Assembly: GCA_964016885.1 (NCBI GenBank)
Contig: OZ024740.1
Coordinates: 374,108,001 to 374,172,000, forward strand
From: Eledone cirrhosa
Lineage: Eukaryota
DNA: 64,000 bases
Reading direction: 5' to 3'
Shown: positions 31,635 to 48,226 of the stretch, piece by piece
Numbering within the stretch: the first letter of the stretch is position 1
How the letters are laid out: every line of letters begins with the position of its first letter
Position numbers and translations under genes: made by a program
The notes under the pieces: model-generated
Database searches by the model: none
Told to the model about the DNA's origin: nothing
Seen by the model: the letters and a program-made list of their open reading frames with translations, nothing else

Positions 31635-32536
31635 TTTCTTTATTAACCACAAGGGTTTACATAAAGTAGACATTAAGGACAGTGCAGGACAATGCAGGAC
31701 AGTACAAATGGGCATTTCTGCGTGTAAAAAAACAAAAACAGAGGATGTAACAAAAATAACAATGAAAATAACAATGAAAAATTCCCCAATAGGGGGGAGA
31801 CTTCGGAGGGACATTTGTGGAGAAAGCCCAGTAAAAAGCCACAATGACCCTGACCACCAAGGCAAGTGCCCTCTCCCAGTTTTCCACCTTTAGTTTACAG
31901 ATATATACTCAGAGTCGGCCCATTCACTCGGGCCATTCTTGCTTCTCTCACCCATCTTTCAACAAAATGCTGGGAAGAGAGCACTTCCTTCTCTACTCTG
32001 ATTTTCCTTTTCAAATGAAATTTGAAAAAGTCAATCAGAGCATCACCGAAGAGGTAAGTGCTCGTCTTCAGCCCTTTCAAACGTGTCCACCATACTATCT
32101 CTTTCGCCATGGCCACCAGACAGATAAAAACTGCCTGCCCTTCCCGGCTAAAGGAGGAGGGCGGGGCAATCCTCACGATAGACTCAGATGATAGCTGGAT
32201 CCGTCCTAAACGCGACAGCAGGTGTTCGACATAAACCCACAAGTCAGCAATTTTCGGACACTGGACGAGTGCGTGCAGGACGGTTTCGTCGCCCTGCGCG
32301 CATCTCGGACATGCCCGGCTGACGGCACCTCCATGCCTGTAGAGTTTATCCCGAACTGGCAAGGCTCCTCGGTAGCACTGCCAGGCCAGAGATTTCTGGA
32401 AGTTGTCCATAGGCCCTGGCCCGAAAGTTCTTCCGAAGAGATTGGCTAGTTGATTTTCGTCGACGCCTAGAGTTTCCCCAAGTACGTCGTCGCTCTTCCC
32501 CTCCACTAATCCTCTATAGAACGCCGAGGTGGAGTT
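31633..32536 (-). mobile_element. L1/Tx1-clade element, 3' fragment (subfamily B)
   Basis: Encodes ALPVRDKL..CPRC..ETVLHALVQC; AATAAA then (ATT)n on its own strand; near-identical to 48227-49115. Confidence 0.9.
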
Positions 32537-32560
32537 GGAGTTGGAATAATAATAATAATA

Positions 32561-34210
32561 ATGCAAGGGCTATTATCCACTGTGAAGCAGTTCAGTGATG
32601 ACATTAAAATGGAGTTTGGACTGGATAAATGCACCAAAGCAACGTTCACCAGAGGAAAGCTGCTGAAGAGTTCAGACATTAATCTTGATCGGGGGAACGT
32701 GATAAGAGAGCTTGATCAAGAAAAAACTTACAAATATCTAGGTGTTTGTGAAGGAGACAGAATCAAGCACTCGACAATGAGGGAAAGGATAAGGAAGGAA
32801 TGTTACCGCAGAGTCAGAGCAATCTTAAGAACGGAATTGAATGCAAGGAATAGGATCGATGCCATAAACACGCTTGCCATACCAGTAGTAACCTATAGTT
32901 ACAATGTCATCAACTGGTCAAGCACAGAGATCCGTAGGCTCGATACAAAAATCCGAAAATTCTTAACCATGCACAGAATGCACCACCCTAAGGCAGACAT
33001 AGATAGAATATATCTCCCTAGGAAAGAAGGTGGACGTGGGTTAATCCAGTTAGACATTGCGTTGAAAACTGCAACAATTGGATTATCCACATATCTAAGG
33101 GAATCACATGATTGGATGATCAAACTCGTTTTGAAACACGAAAGAACCAAAAGATCATATTCCATTACAAAAGATGCACAAAGATACAGTAATGGACTAC
33201 AAATTTCAGAAGTCCCATTTACTGCTGAAATGGAAAACACAGAAAAAGCAAAGCAGGTAAAAGTAACTGCAAAGAAAGAACTGCTACAGAAACTGGCTAA
33301 GAAATGGCAAGAAAAGCCTCTGTATGGAAAATACCCAGAGCGAGCTAACAATCCTGATGTTGACAAAACTATAACCCATCAGTGGTTGGCATCCTCTGGA
33401 CTGAAATCGGAGACTGAAGGACTGATTATATCGGCACAAGATCAGTGTTTGCCAACAAAAAATTACCAAGCCAACATAATAAAAAATGGGTGCAGCCCAT
33501 TATGCCGTGTATGCAAAAAACAACCAGAGACCATTGACCATATAATTTCAATGTGCAGTCCTATAGCTCCAACCGAATACCTAAACAGGCATGACAGAGC
33601 TGCACAATACATACATTGGATAATGTGTAAGCATTTTGACCTGCCCCATCAAAAGAATTGGTGGGAGCATCAACCACCTCCCATACTTGAAAAAGATCAC
33701 ATCTCAATCTTGTGGAACTTTAGCATCCAAACAGACCGAAAAATAGATGCAAATAGACCTGATATAATATTGAAGGACTTTCAAAGGAGGGTATGCCTGC
33801 TAATTGATATGTCTGTTCCAATAGACAAGAATGTATCTATAAAAACATTTGAAAAATTGAGCAAGTATAAGGACCTGGAGATAGAAATTGGAAAAATGTG
33901 GAAATTGAGAACTAAAACAATACCAGTGGTTGTAGGCGCTCTGGGAATGATACCTAAGGGGTCTAACGACTACTTATCGCAAATCCCAGGAAACCCGCGT
34001 ATAGGAGAAATACAAAAGATAGTACTAATGGGAACTGCCCATATACTAAGGAAGATTCTGTCAATATAAGTACATCACAAGTCTAAACACTAAGGATGCA
34101 TGTGTGAATATGTATGTTCTTTCTTGAACATGGCGGACCTTGTTGTCTCTTGAGGTCACTGGTTGTGACTTGGTGATAACTCGTATAAACATAAAGCAAG
34201 ATAAATGCAA
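32561..34210 (+). mobile_element. Dong/R4-clade family 2, 5'-truncated (open ORF 32561-34069)
   Basis: FGLDKC, YKYLG, LPRKEGGRGL, CRVC..ETIDHIISMC, RHD, RPDII..LIDMSVP..EKLSKY (RLE); AAT repeats at both ends. Confidence 0.9.
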
Positions 34211-34236
34211 ATAATAATAATAATAATAATAATAAT

Positions 34237-34730
34237 AATTTACCACATTCTGAGAAGTGATATAAGCCAGAGTCGTTGATAGAAAACTATCAGGTGAAGG
34301 TGCTGTGGGATTTTAGGATACAGACGGACAAGAAACTGGAATACAATAGACCTGACCTGGTGGTTTTGGACTAAGAAAAAAGATCGTGCCTGATTGTGGA
34401 TGTGGCCTGCCCATTCGACACGAGAGTGCAAGAGAAGGAGAGGAAGAAAATTAACCGATACCAGGACTTACAGTGGGAGGTAAAAAGGATTTGGAACTGC
34501 CATGAAGTCAAAGTGTCATAGGCGCACTAGGTACTATCTCAAAAAGTTTCCAGGGATGGTTAAAGAAAATTGGCCCTCCACGCTTTTTGGAACGCTTCAA
34601 AAGGCATGCTTGCTGGGAACAGAAAGAACCCTCCGATACGTCCTGAATATCTGAGGCTGCAGGTAGTGGCTTTCAACAAACTTTCAACAAACTTTCCAGT
34701 TAACTAACATCAATGACTGAGACACAAGGA
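34237..34730 (+). mobile_element. Dong family 1, 3' fragment (copy E)
   Basis: Matches 47697-48205; (AAT)n tail. Confidence 0.9.
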
Positions 34731-34744
34731 ATAATAATAATAAT

Positions 34745-35098
<354 letters not shown>

Positions 35099-35103
35099 TA
35101 TAT

Positions 35104-35187
<84 letters not shown>

Positions 35188-35188
<1 letters not shown>

Positions 35189-36460
35189 ATTATACAAATC
35201 ACTGAACTATAGATAACAAGCATCATTCCCCAGGGATATGCTCACATTCAAACAAACTAAATATAAGGAGCCTCGCCATAAACCCCTGAGCGTAATCGCA
35301 GTCTCCGAACTGACACATAAATAAATCATCCCATTTCAATAGATTGATATGGCCATCATTACCGGAACCAATTCTTTATCAGAGTTTTTCCTGAAGTCAT
35401 AAGAACAAATGAATATATATACATTTGGAAGAGAATTTTCCTCTCTCATTGATCCAGAATGGTGCGAAAGAATTAAAAATGATAGTACTGCACGCATGCG
35501 TGAAACCATCTAGAAGGAAATATTTGGCTAAACTGACAAAAAAAGAGGCCTAAAACGCCGTTAGAATTAGCATTCAATACGGGTCGTCCAATTAGCTCAA
35601 CATTATTTAGGATCATTATTTAATTGGATTGGCAGTATCGGTAGAGGGCCGGGCGCCATTCTTTCCAGCATCGTTACGTCCCTTTACGGTCTGAGTTCAA
35701 ATCCCGCTGAGGTTAACTTTGCCTTTCATCCTTACGGGGTCGATAAAATATAGTACCAGTAATGTGCTGCGTGATTGATGGCCTTGTGCCAAAAGTAGAA
35801 ACAATTATTTATTATTATATAGAGGGTACAGGGTCGGACGCCATGCTTTCCAACATAGTTACGTCCCTTTACGATCTGAGTTCAAATCCCGCCGAGGTTG
35901 ACTTTGCCTTTCATCCTTACGGGGTCGATAAAATAAAGTACCAGTAATGCACTGGGTAATTGCTGGCCTTATGCCAAAAGTAGAAACAATTATTTATTAT
36001 TATATATAATTAAAATTCTTACGAATGTACATACCATCTCAATGACAGAGATCGTTAAAAGATGTTTTCAGAAAAAATAAATGCATTTATTTCCACGCAT
36101 GCGTGCGGTATTATTACTTTTAATTTCATCGCATGATGCTGGATCGATGAGAGATGAAAATGTCCCTCAGCGGGTACTTATATTCATTTGTTCTTATGCA
36201 TTACCAAAAGCTTCTGATTGAGAAATGGTTCTAATAATAATTTGTTCTTCAATTCAGAAACTGTAATCAGGGTCGAGAAATGGGTATGGTAATGAAGGCG
36301 ATATCAATCTATTGAACTGGTCTCATTTACTCATTTTTCTGTTCTTGAGATGTGATAACGGTCAAGGTTTTTTGATCAGGCCCCTTATATTTAGATTGCT
36401 TGAATATGAGAGTATATCCCTAGAAAATATTTGTTTTCTTCCCTTCAGCTATTTGTATAT
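35188..36460. mobile_element. Long-TIR fold-back/MITE (arms ~35188-35505 and ~36093-36460)
   Basis: CAATAGATTGATAT, CATAAGAACAAATGAATAT, GCACGCATGCGTG and CTAAATATAAGG all recur as reverse complements. Confidence 0.7.
35625..36000 (+). mobile_element. Two tandem S1 SINEs nested in the fold-back
   Basis: 35625-35815 nearly full length; 35830-36000 5'-truncated. Confidence 0.9.
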
Positions 36461-36728
36461 GATAATCCCTATATATATTTACGTCTCTGAATAAGATATT
36501 TTAACTCTCTGTATATTTGTGACAATGTTCATTATGTTTAGTATATATATAATGAAGTGTAATAAATAATTAAGTATTGCATATGATTGAAGTATTGCAT
36601 ATATTGAAGTCAGCATACATATACTATTCATAATAGACACGGATACTTATGTCAAAGCGAATAAATTCATAATTGTTCACGCCGACGTTTCATTATTCTT
36701 GGTGCAATACTTGCATATACATATATAT

Positions 36729-37155
<427 letters not shown>

Positions 37156-37241
37156 ATATATACTCCAGTCCAATAAACTGTTGAGTGCTACTTATCCGAT
37201 ATTTGCATTGCTTTAATGTGCTACAATAAAACTCACCTCCT

Positions 37242-37311
<70 letters not shown>

Positions 37312-37405
37312 AGGAGGTGAGTTTTAGTGTAGCACAATCAAGTAATGCAAATATCGGATAAGTAGCACTCAACAGTTTATTGTATTGGACTGAAGTATAT
37401 ATATA
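37156..37405. repeat. ~95-bp-arm inverted repeat with (TA)n loop
   Basis: AAACTGTTGAGTGCTACTTATCCGATATTTGCATT and its reverse complement. Confidence 0.85.
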
Positions 37406-37413
37406 TATACAGT

Positions 37414-40539
<3,126 letters not shown>

Positions 40540-40616
40540 AAAAAGTATGACGCCTTAACAGATGATTATACTTTTTCCTACTTCCCACTCTACTACCCTA
40601 AGTATTGAGTACTGTG

Positions 40617-40671
<55 letters not shown>

Positions 40672-40673
40672 TA

Positions 40674-40771
<98 letters not shown>

Positions 40772-41046
40772 TCAAGAGTAACCAATCTTAAAGAGAGAGA
40801 TGGAGATAGCAGAGGAGATAGGAGAGGAGTAGAGAGATTAGTGAATTAGTTAGAAGCCAAAGCGTAAATGATTGTGCTCAATGTGCAATATGCAGTGGAA
40901 GGCACATAGGTACCTGTGTTCATGCAGAGGTTACGTGCACAGAGCTGGAAATATTCATTAGTTAAGCAAAACAAGACCACATATTTCACAAGGAAGTCAT
41001 TTTTAAAAGATTGTTAACATATTATAGTTTGATGTAAGGAATGTAG

Positions 41047-41117
<71 letters not shown>
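41047..41117. repeat. (AAT)n tract, tail/target of Tx1 copy A
   Basis: Directly visible. Confidence 0.95.
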
Positions 41118-41119
<2 letters not shown>

Positions 41120-44100
41120 TTTCATTTATTGGCCACAAGGGCCGACATATAGGGGACAACACAATAGACAGGGACAGTGGGGGTTTACATAGAGATCGAG
41201 TAAGTATAAATAACAAAAAACAAAATAACAATAAAAATACAACAATGAAAGTTCCCCAATAAGAGGGATCACCACCCAGGGTTGACTCAAGCACCCCACC
41301 AGTCCTGAGCCACCCGACGCTCCTAGGGCACCCGGGAAGGGCACCCCTCTCCTTCTCGAATTCACCAGCCTACAGGCGCATGATCAGAGTAGGCCCACTC
41401 ACGCGGGCCATTCTCGCCACATTCACCCACCTTTCAGTAAATGTACTGGGGGGCAGCACTTCTCTCTCCACCCTCACCTTCCTTTCCAAGTGAAACTTGA
41501 AGAAGTTGATGAGGGATTGGCCGAAGAGAAAAGTGTCTGTCTTCAGTCCTTTCAACCTGGTCCACCATGCAACCTCTTTCGCTACTGCCACCAGGCAGAG
41601 GAAAATTGCCTGCCCTTCCTGACCAAAAGAAGGCGGCGGGTCAATCTTCACTATGGACTCGGACGATAGCCGGATCCGTTCTACACGCGACAATAGCTGT
41701 TCGACATAACCCCACAAGTCAGCAATGCACGGACACCGGACGAGTGCGTGCAGAACGGTTTCGTCGCTCTGCGCGCATCTCGGGCAGGTTCGTCTGACAG
41801 CACTTCCGTGCCTGTCGAGTTTATCCCGAACCGGCAGCGCCCCCCGGTAGCACTGCCAAGCGAGGGATTTCTGGAAGTTATCCATCGTCCCCGGCTCGAA
41901 AGTCCTCCGGAACATACTGGTCAGTTCTACTTCGTTGACGCCCAGAGCCTCTCCTAGTACGTCATCGCACTTGCCCTCCACTAATCCTCTATAGAAATCT
42001 TGAGTGGAAGTTCCACTGACCGCATTGCCCACCTTGCAGAGTGCAGTGAGCGCCTGGCAACATTCCAGATGCCAGTCGCCCAGTCTCGGTCTCTTCTTGA
42101 CCCAGGACTGCAGCTCAGTCAAAGAGATGAGCTGCGGAAAGGCCCGTCTAACAAACGGCGACCACACCTGTTCACCGTTTAGGCAAAATATCTGGAGATG
42201 TCGCAGCCTCAGCGCATGTCTGCGCATCATTAGCCACGGCATGCCCAGCCCTCCACGAAGAGGGTGCTGGCAGCAGATGGACCGCCTCACCAACGGGACC
42301 CGTCCCCTCCACAAAAATTTGAAAAGGAGCCGTTCCAAATTGGCGAGGCGTGGACGGGGGCAAGGCACGACGGTCAGGCGGTAGTAGATGACGGACGCGA
42401 TGTACGCGTTCGCCACCTCCGCCCGCCCTTTCAGTGATAGCTTTCTCTCAGCCCATTTCTGGGTGAGGTTGGCTATCCTGCTCGTCACCTCGTCCCAATT
42501 CTTATCCACCTGGAGGTCTGGTCCGAACCAAACCCCGAGCAACTTTACCGGTCCGTCTGTCCAGCGCCCAACGACGCTGTTGGACGGCATGGACTTGCCT
42601 CTCCAGGTGCCGAGCTGCAAGCCCACCGACTTTTCCGGGTTAAGTTTTGCTCCCGTCAACCTTTCATATTCCTCCAAATGGGTGAGGATCACCTCGATTT
42701 CCGAGGTGTCCGACACCATCACGGTGATGTCGTCCGCATAAGCGGACGCAGCCTTTCTACGTCCCGGTTCGAGCGGGATGCCCTGCAACAACTCCAGCTT
42801 CCGCAGTAGAGGCTCAAGAGTCAATACGTACAGAACTGAGGAGAGAGGGCACCCTTGACGGACCGATCGAGAGATCTGAAACGGTTCCGAGAGGTGGCCA
42901 TTAACTTTGACCACCGAGCAGATGCCGCTGTACATTGCAGCGATCCAGCTTCTGAAGACGGGGCCGAAGCCAGCCGCCTCGAGGACAGCCTCCAAGTACC
43001 GATGGTCGACCCTATCGAATGCTTTCGATTGATCTAAATTGATCAGAGCCCCACCGAAGCCAGGTTTGCACCCAACCCTCTCTATGATGTATCGCATGAG
43101 GTGGAGGTTGTCGTGTATGGACCTGGTCGGGACTGCGCAAGTTTGCGCCTCCCCAACCAAATCTTTGACGACAAGCGCCAACCTTTTCGCTAACACCTTG
43201 GCCAAAATCTTAAACTCTGTGTTGAGCAGGGTTATGGGCCTGAAATTATCTAGTGTGTCCCTCTTGTTCTCGTCTTTCCTTATCAGCGTCACTACGCCAC
43301 GGCTCACAGAACTGGGAATGCTCCCGTTCTGCTGCCAGTTGCAGTAGAGCGCTTCGAGGAGATCGGAGAACAAGTCTGGCATATTTACGTAAAGCTCGTA
43401 GGGCAGACCATCCAAACCGGGTGACTTGCGACTCGAGCAGCCGACAAGGGCGTCCTGAATTTCGACTGATGTTATCGGCTCTTCGCAGCGCTCAGCGTCG
43501 GCCGTCGAGAGGCGTGGCAAGCCGTCGAGGTAGGGACTGAAGTCCGCCGCCGTCTCCGACTCACCCATCCTCCCGAACAATCGAGCAAAGTGCTGGCGAA
43601 AGGCCTCACACATCTGCTTGGAATCGTTCAGTTCGTGTCCATCTCGATCCGTCAAAGACCGAATTGTGGTTTTATTTCCACGCTGCGTCTCTGCAAAGCG
43701 AGCCCATCGGGCAGCTTTGGTTCCCTCGTTCCTCAGAGCACGCGCCTTAGCTCTGACAATGCAACCTTCGTGTTTCGCATTGAAGAAATGGTCTAGTGCC
43801 ATTCTCGCCGCTAGCACGTCTGTTGCAATGCCACTACAAATAGCCTCGTCTAACTTAGCTATCAGCCCCTCCTCCTTTCTATTTTTCTCTATTGCTACTT
43901 CTTTGCTAAATCCTATCGAGGTTGCTCTAATCTCTCTTTTGAGTGCCCCCCACCACCTGTTGTTGACAACCCCCCCTGTCAACTTTTGCTTAACTAAGTT
44001 GTTGACCCGGTCCCTGTAAGCTTTACGTGCCGGAAACGACATGTTTAGCTTCCAGTAGCTAGGTCCTAACCTACGTGTCTTATCTAGGTCGACCATACAG

Positions 44101-44629
44101 ATCACAAGCTTGTGATCTGAATAGGCAACCGTTTTAAAATGTGGACATCCTACACTATTTCTATTTCTTTTCCTAATGAAAATCCTATCTATGTACGATC
44201 TAGATGACCCTATGCGATTGGTCCAGGTCCATACTGGCGCATTAGGGAAATCTAGTCGGTACCTGTCAGACAGTTGAAACTGGCTGATCAGGTACTTGAG
44301 GCTTTTGCACCCCCCGCTCCTATCAGATACTCCCACACAATCCCAGCGTGCTTCTAAGATGCCATTCCAATCCCCTATTAACAGTAAAGGGCGAGACGTA
44401 AGCAGAAAGTTTTCCAGGCGCCTAAAGAAGTCCGGCCGACCGGCCCCAGTAGGGGCGTAGACGGCCACCAGTCTAAAGGCACCACCTTCGCTATTGCTCA
44501 CGTCCAGGACCACCAACTTTCCGTCAGGATCCCGGAAGATTGACCTTACCTCGAGATCCAGACATTTCCTAAACAGCACAGCCACTCCACCTCCCATTCC
44601 CGGCCGACTAACAGATGCAAAGATCTGAT
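41118..44629 (-). mobile_element. L1/Tx1-clade element copy A, 5'-truncated within the APE domain
   Basis: Uninterrupted ORF2; AATAAA then (ATT)n tail. Confidence 0.92.
41370..44629 (-). CDS. Tx1 ORF2: AP endonuclease (N-terminally truncated) - RT - CCHC
   Basis: GGGVAVL, VYAP, GDWN, IDRIF, SDHK; PGLDG, NFRPITLLN, DQSKAFDRV, QGCPLS, YADD; CPRC..H..C. Confidence 0.9.
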
Positions 44630-47600
44630 AAGGGCCAAGTGGAATGGCGGATCCACAGATGGCTATGTAACCATACATTCGCCAATCCCCGATAAGAGTG
44701 TTTAAATATCGAACATAAACAGTTCGGATAACGGTGAAATGGAGACTAGAACGTCATGTGACAGACTCTCACCCAACAGGTGCCCCCTGGCTAGGCAGCA
44801 GGAACCTGACTGTCAACCAAATACTGCTGATGTTGGAGGAAAGAGAAGAAGGAAAGGGGCCAGAACCAACTGGACGAAAGAATTGAATAGAACTGTTATG
44901 CAATGTTACCTGAAAAGTAACCCCAAGGAGAGGGGCTACAGGAGACGGATGCACAACATCTGGAACGAGATTGGTTTATTTAAATTAGATGAACAAAAAT
45001 TGGCCGGGCAGGCTCGGGTAATAAGAACTAATGGATGGATAAGCGAGCTGGAACTGGAGGAACTGAGCAGAGAGAATGGCTTGGAGATGGCGGGTGTAGT
45101 ATGCCAGACAAGCGAGCCAGTGGGAAATGAAGGTGAAGAGGTCCTGAGAATGGAGGAACCACCCGAAGCAGACAATGATCTGAATACTGAGATAAATAAT
45201 ACCTGGAACAGAGATACGGCCAATGAGGAGATGAATGCTGACGGGCTAGGACAAGATTCGGTTGACATCCTAAATTTAGTGGTAGATGAATTGAACAATG
45301 ATAGTGGGAGACCTATGAACCTAAGATTTGTAGACAGGAAAAAGTTAAAAGAAACAACAGCTAAGGTAAACAAAGTCATCCCATACCTTGAGGCGAGGAG
45401 CCTTCACCAGTGCAACAATATCCTCAAAGCAACAGCAAATACGGTGAGGAAACTACTTGGTATAAAAGCGAGAGGAAACAACAGACAAGAAAGAGCAGAG
45501 CCGTCGTGGAAGAAGCGACTGAGTGGGCAAATCGGGGAAATGAGAAATGACATAGGAAAGCTTGAGTCACTACTGAATGGGACACTAAAAAACATAGGCA
45601 CTAAAAATAGACTGGAAATAAAATACAAAACTAGGAGAAAAAAGCTAAATATTATCATAGAGGAACTGAAGCAACGCATTGTAGCAAAGAGTGCAAAAAT
45701 CAGGCGATACGAGAACAGAGTCAGTCAGTATAAACAGAACCGCATGTTCGACAACAACCAGAAGATGCTGTTTGTACAGCTTGAGGGGAAAGAAAGAGGC
45801 AACGACTTGATCCCTGGGGCGGAGCAAACTAAAACATTCTGGAGAGGAATATGGGAGCAGGATGTTAGACATAATGTCCAGGCAGGGTGGATTGAGACAG
45901 TACAGAGGGAGATCGGTGAGCAGGGACAACAACAAACTGATTTGAGTATCACAGTTGAAACTCTTAAGGGGCAGGCCAAAAAACTAACCAACTGGAAATC
46001 ACCAGGCCCAGATGGTGTGCAGGGGTATTGGATTAAACATTTAACATCCCTCCACCCGAAGCTGACGGCCATGTTCAATGACTGCTTGGTGTCGGGTGAG
46101 GTGCCAGAGTGGTTGACAAAAGGTACCACAGTTCTGATAATGAAAGACCGAATCAAGGGTAATGATGTTACCAACTATAGACCTATCACATGTCTGTCCG
46201 TAATGTGGAAACTGTTGATGAGCATTGTGTCTGAGGAAATCTACCATCACCTCCACACAAACAACTTGTTACCGGACGAACAGAAAGGATGCCGAAAGAT
46301 GTCACGTGGTACAAAGGACCAGTTACTTATTGATAAGATGGTAATGGGGAATTGCAGGAGGAGACACACTGATCTTGCTATGGGATGGATAGACTACAGA
46401 AAGGCATTTGACATGGTGCCTCATTCTTGGATCACCAAAAGCCTGGAGATCTTCAGTGTGGCAGATAACATCAGACAGTTGCTGGGCAGGTGTATGGGGT
46501 CCTGGGAGACAGAGTTGACATCAACTGGAGTATCCTTGGGAAGCGTGAAGATCAAGAGAGGTATCTTCCAGGGAGATAGCCTGTCCCCTCTGTTCCTTGT
46601 CCTTGCCCTGATGCCCTTGACCATTATGCTGCGAAAAGTGAGAGCAGGATACAAGTTGGGAAGGGGAGAGCTTACCATCAATCACCTCCTCTTCATGGAC
46701 GATCTTAAGCTCTTCGGGAAAAGTGAGAAGGAGTTGGATGTGCTTGTTGACACTGTCCGTATTTTCAGCAATGATATATGTATGCAGTTTGGTATTGGTA
46801 AATGTGGAGTCATTGTGATGAGGAGGGGTAGGTTGAGCAGAAGTAACGGGATCCAGATACCAACAGGTGAAATGATAAAGGAAATTGACTCTGAGGAAGG
46901 ATACAAGTATTTGGGCGTTCTGGAGGCTGGTGGCATAAAGAACAAAAAAATGAAGGAATTGTTAAGAACTGAATACATTCGGAGAGCAAGAAGCGTATTG
47001 AAGTCACATCTGAACAGCAGAAATGCCATAAGCGCAGTAAATTCCCGAGCTGTGTCTATTATTGGGTACAGTGCGGGAATTCTGTGATGGAATGTTGCTG
47101 AACAAAAAGAAATGGATAGGAAGACTAGGAAGCTATTGACTATCTACAACATGTTCCACAAGAGGAGTGATGTCGATAGACTCTACCTAAAGAGATCTGA
47201 GGGTGGAAGAGGTCTTATCAGCATAGAGGACTGTGTTCAGATGGAGAAAAACAACCTATACAAATACGTGACCTATAGTAAGGAGCCAATGCTCAGGACT
47301 GTACTTAAGGAGGGGACAGTAGGCCAGGGGATGTCCAAGGAGGAAATAACATCAAGGAGGAAGAGCAGCCTTAGGGGAAAATCCCTTCATAGTACCTTCT
47401 TTGAGAAAACTGAATTTAGAGATCCACAGACATGGAACTGGTTGAGAAGAGGAGACCTCAAAAAGGCTACAGAAGGAATGCTGATGGCTGCGCAGGAGCA
47501 GGCCCTCAAAACGAAGGGGTTGAAGCACCATATTTACAAGGAGGATGCTAGCCCACTGTGCATGATCTGTGGAGAGAGAGAGGAGACTGTGGCTCACATT

Positions 47601-48205
47601 GTGTCCGAGTGTAAACACCTAGCCCAGACCCACTATAAGGGCTGGAGACACGATGTGATGGGCAGGGTGATCCACTGGCACCTGTGCAAAGTAAACAATT
47701 TACCACATTCTGAGAAATGGTATGAGCATAGGCCAGAGGCGGTGATGGGGAACAATCAGGTGAAGGTGCTGTGGGATTTTAGGATACAGACGGACAAAAA
47801 ACTGGAACACAATAGACCTGACCTGGTGGTTGTGGACAAGGAAAAAAGATCGTGTCTGATTGTGGATGTGGCCTGCCCGTTCGACACGAGAGTGCAAGAG
47901 AAGGAGAGGGAGAAAATTAACCGATACCAGGACCTAAAGTGGGAGGTGAAAAGGATTTGGAACTGCCATGAAGTCAAAGTGATCCCGATTGTCATAGGCG
48001 CACTGGGGACTATCTCCAAAAGTTTCCAGGGATGGTTAAAAAAAATCGGCCCCTTCACGCTTTTTGGAACGCTCCAAAAGGCATGCTTGCTTGGAACAGC
48101 AAGAACCCTCCGATACGTCCTGAATATCTGAGGCTGCAGGTAGTGGCTTGATATTCAATCCAACGGACTTTCCAGTTAACCAACATCAATGACTGAGATT
48201 CAAGG
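44630..48205 (+). mobile_element. Dong/R4 family 1 copy B, near full length
   Basis: 5'UTR matches the reverse complement of 59177-59285; 3'UTR and AAT tail. Confidence 0.92.
44739..48131 (+). pseudogene. Dong single ORF (1130 codons: RT, CCHC, RLE) with one premature TGA at 47085-47087
   Basis: ORFs 44739-47087 and 47112-48131 are in frame; other copies have AGA here; RPDLVVVD..IVDVACP..EKINRY. Confidence 0.9.
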
Positions 48206-48226
48206 AATAACAACAATAATAATAAT

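Noticed and set aside
44630-44678. N-terminus MYGYIAICGSAIPLGP of the 1102-aa ORF
   Set aside because: It is the antisense Dong 5'UTR (matches 59235-59285), not a true Tx1 start
47085-47087. In-frame TGA in Dong B as a recoding or Sec site
   Set aside because: Other copies have AGA (Arg); a copy-specific nonsense mutation
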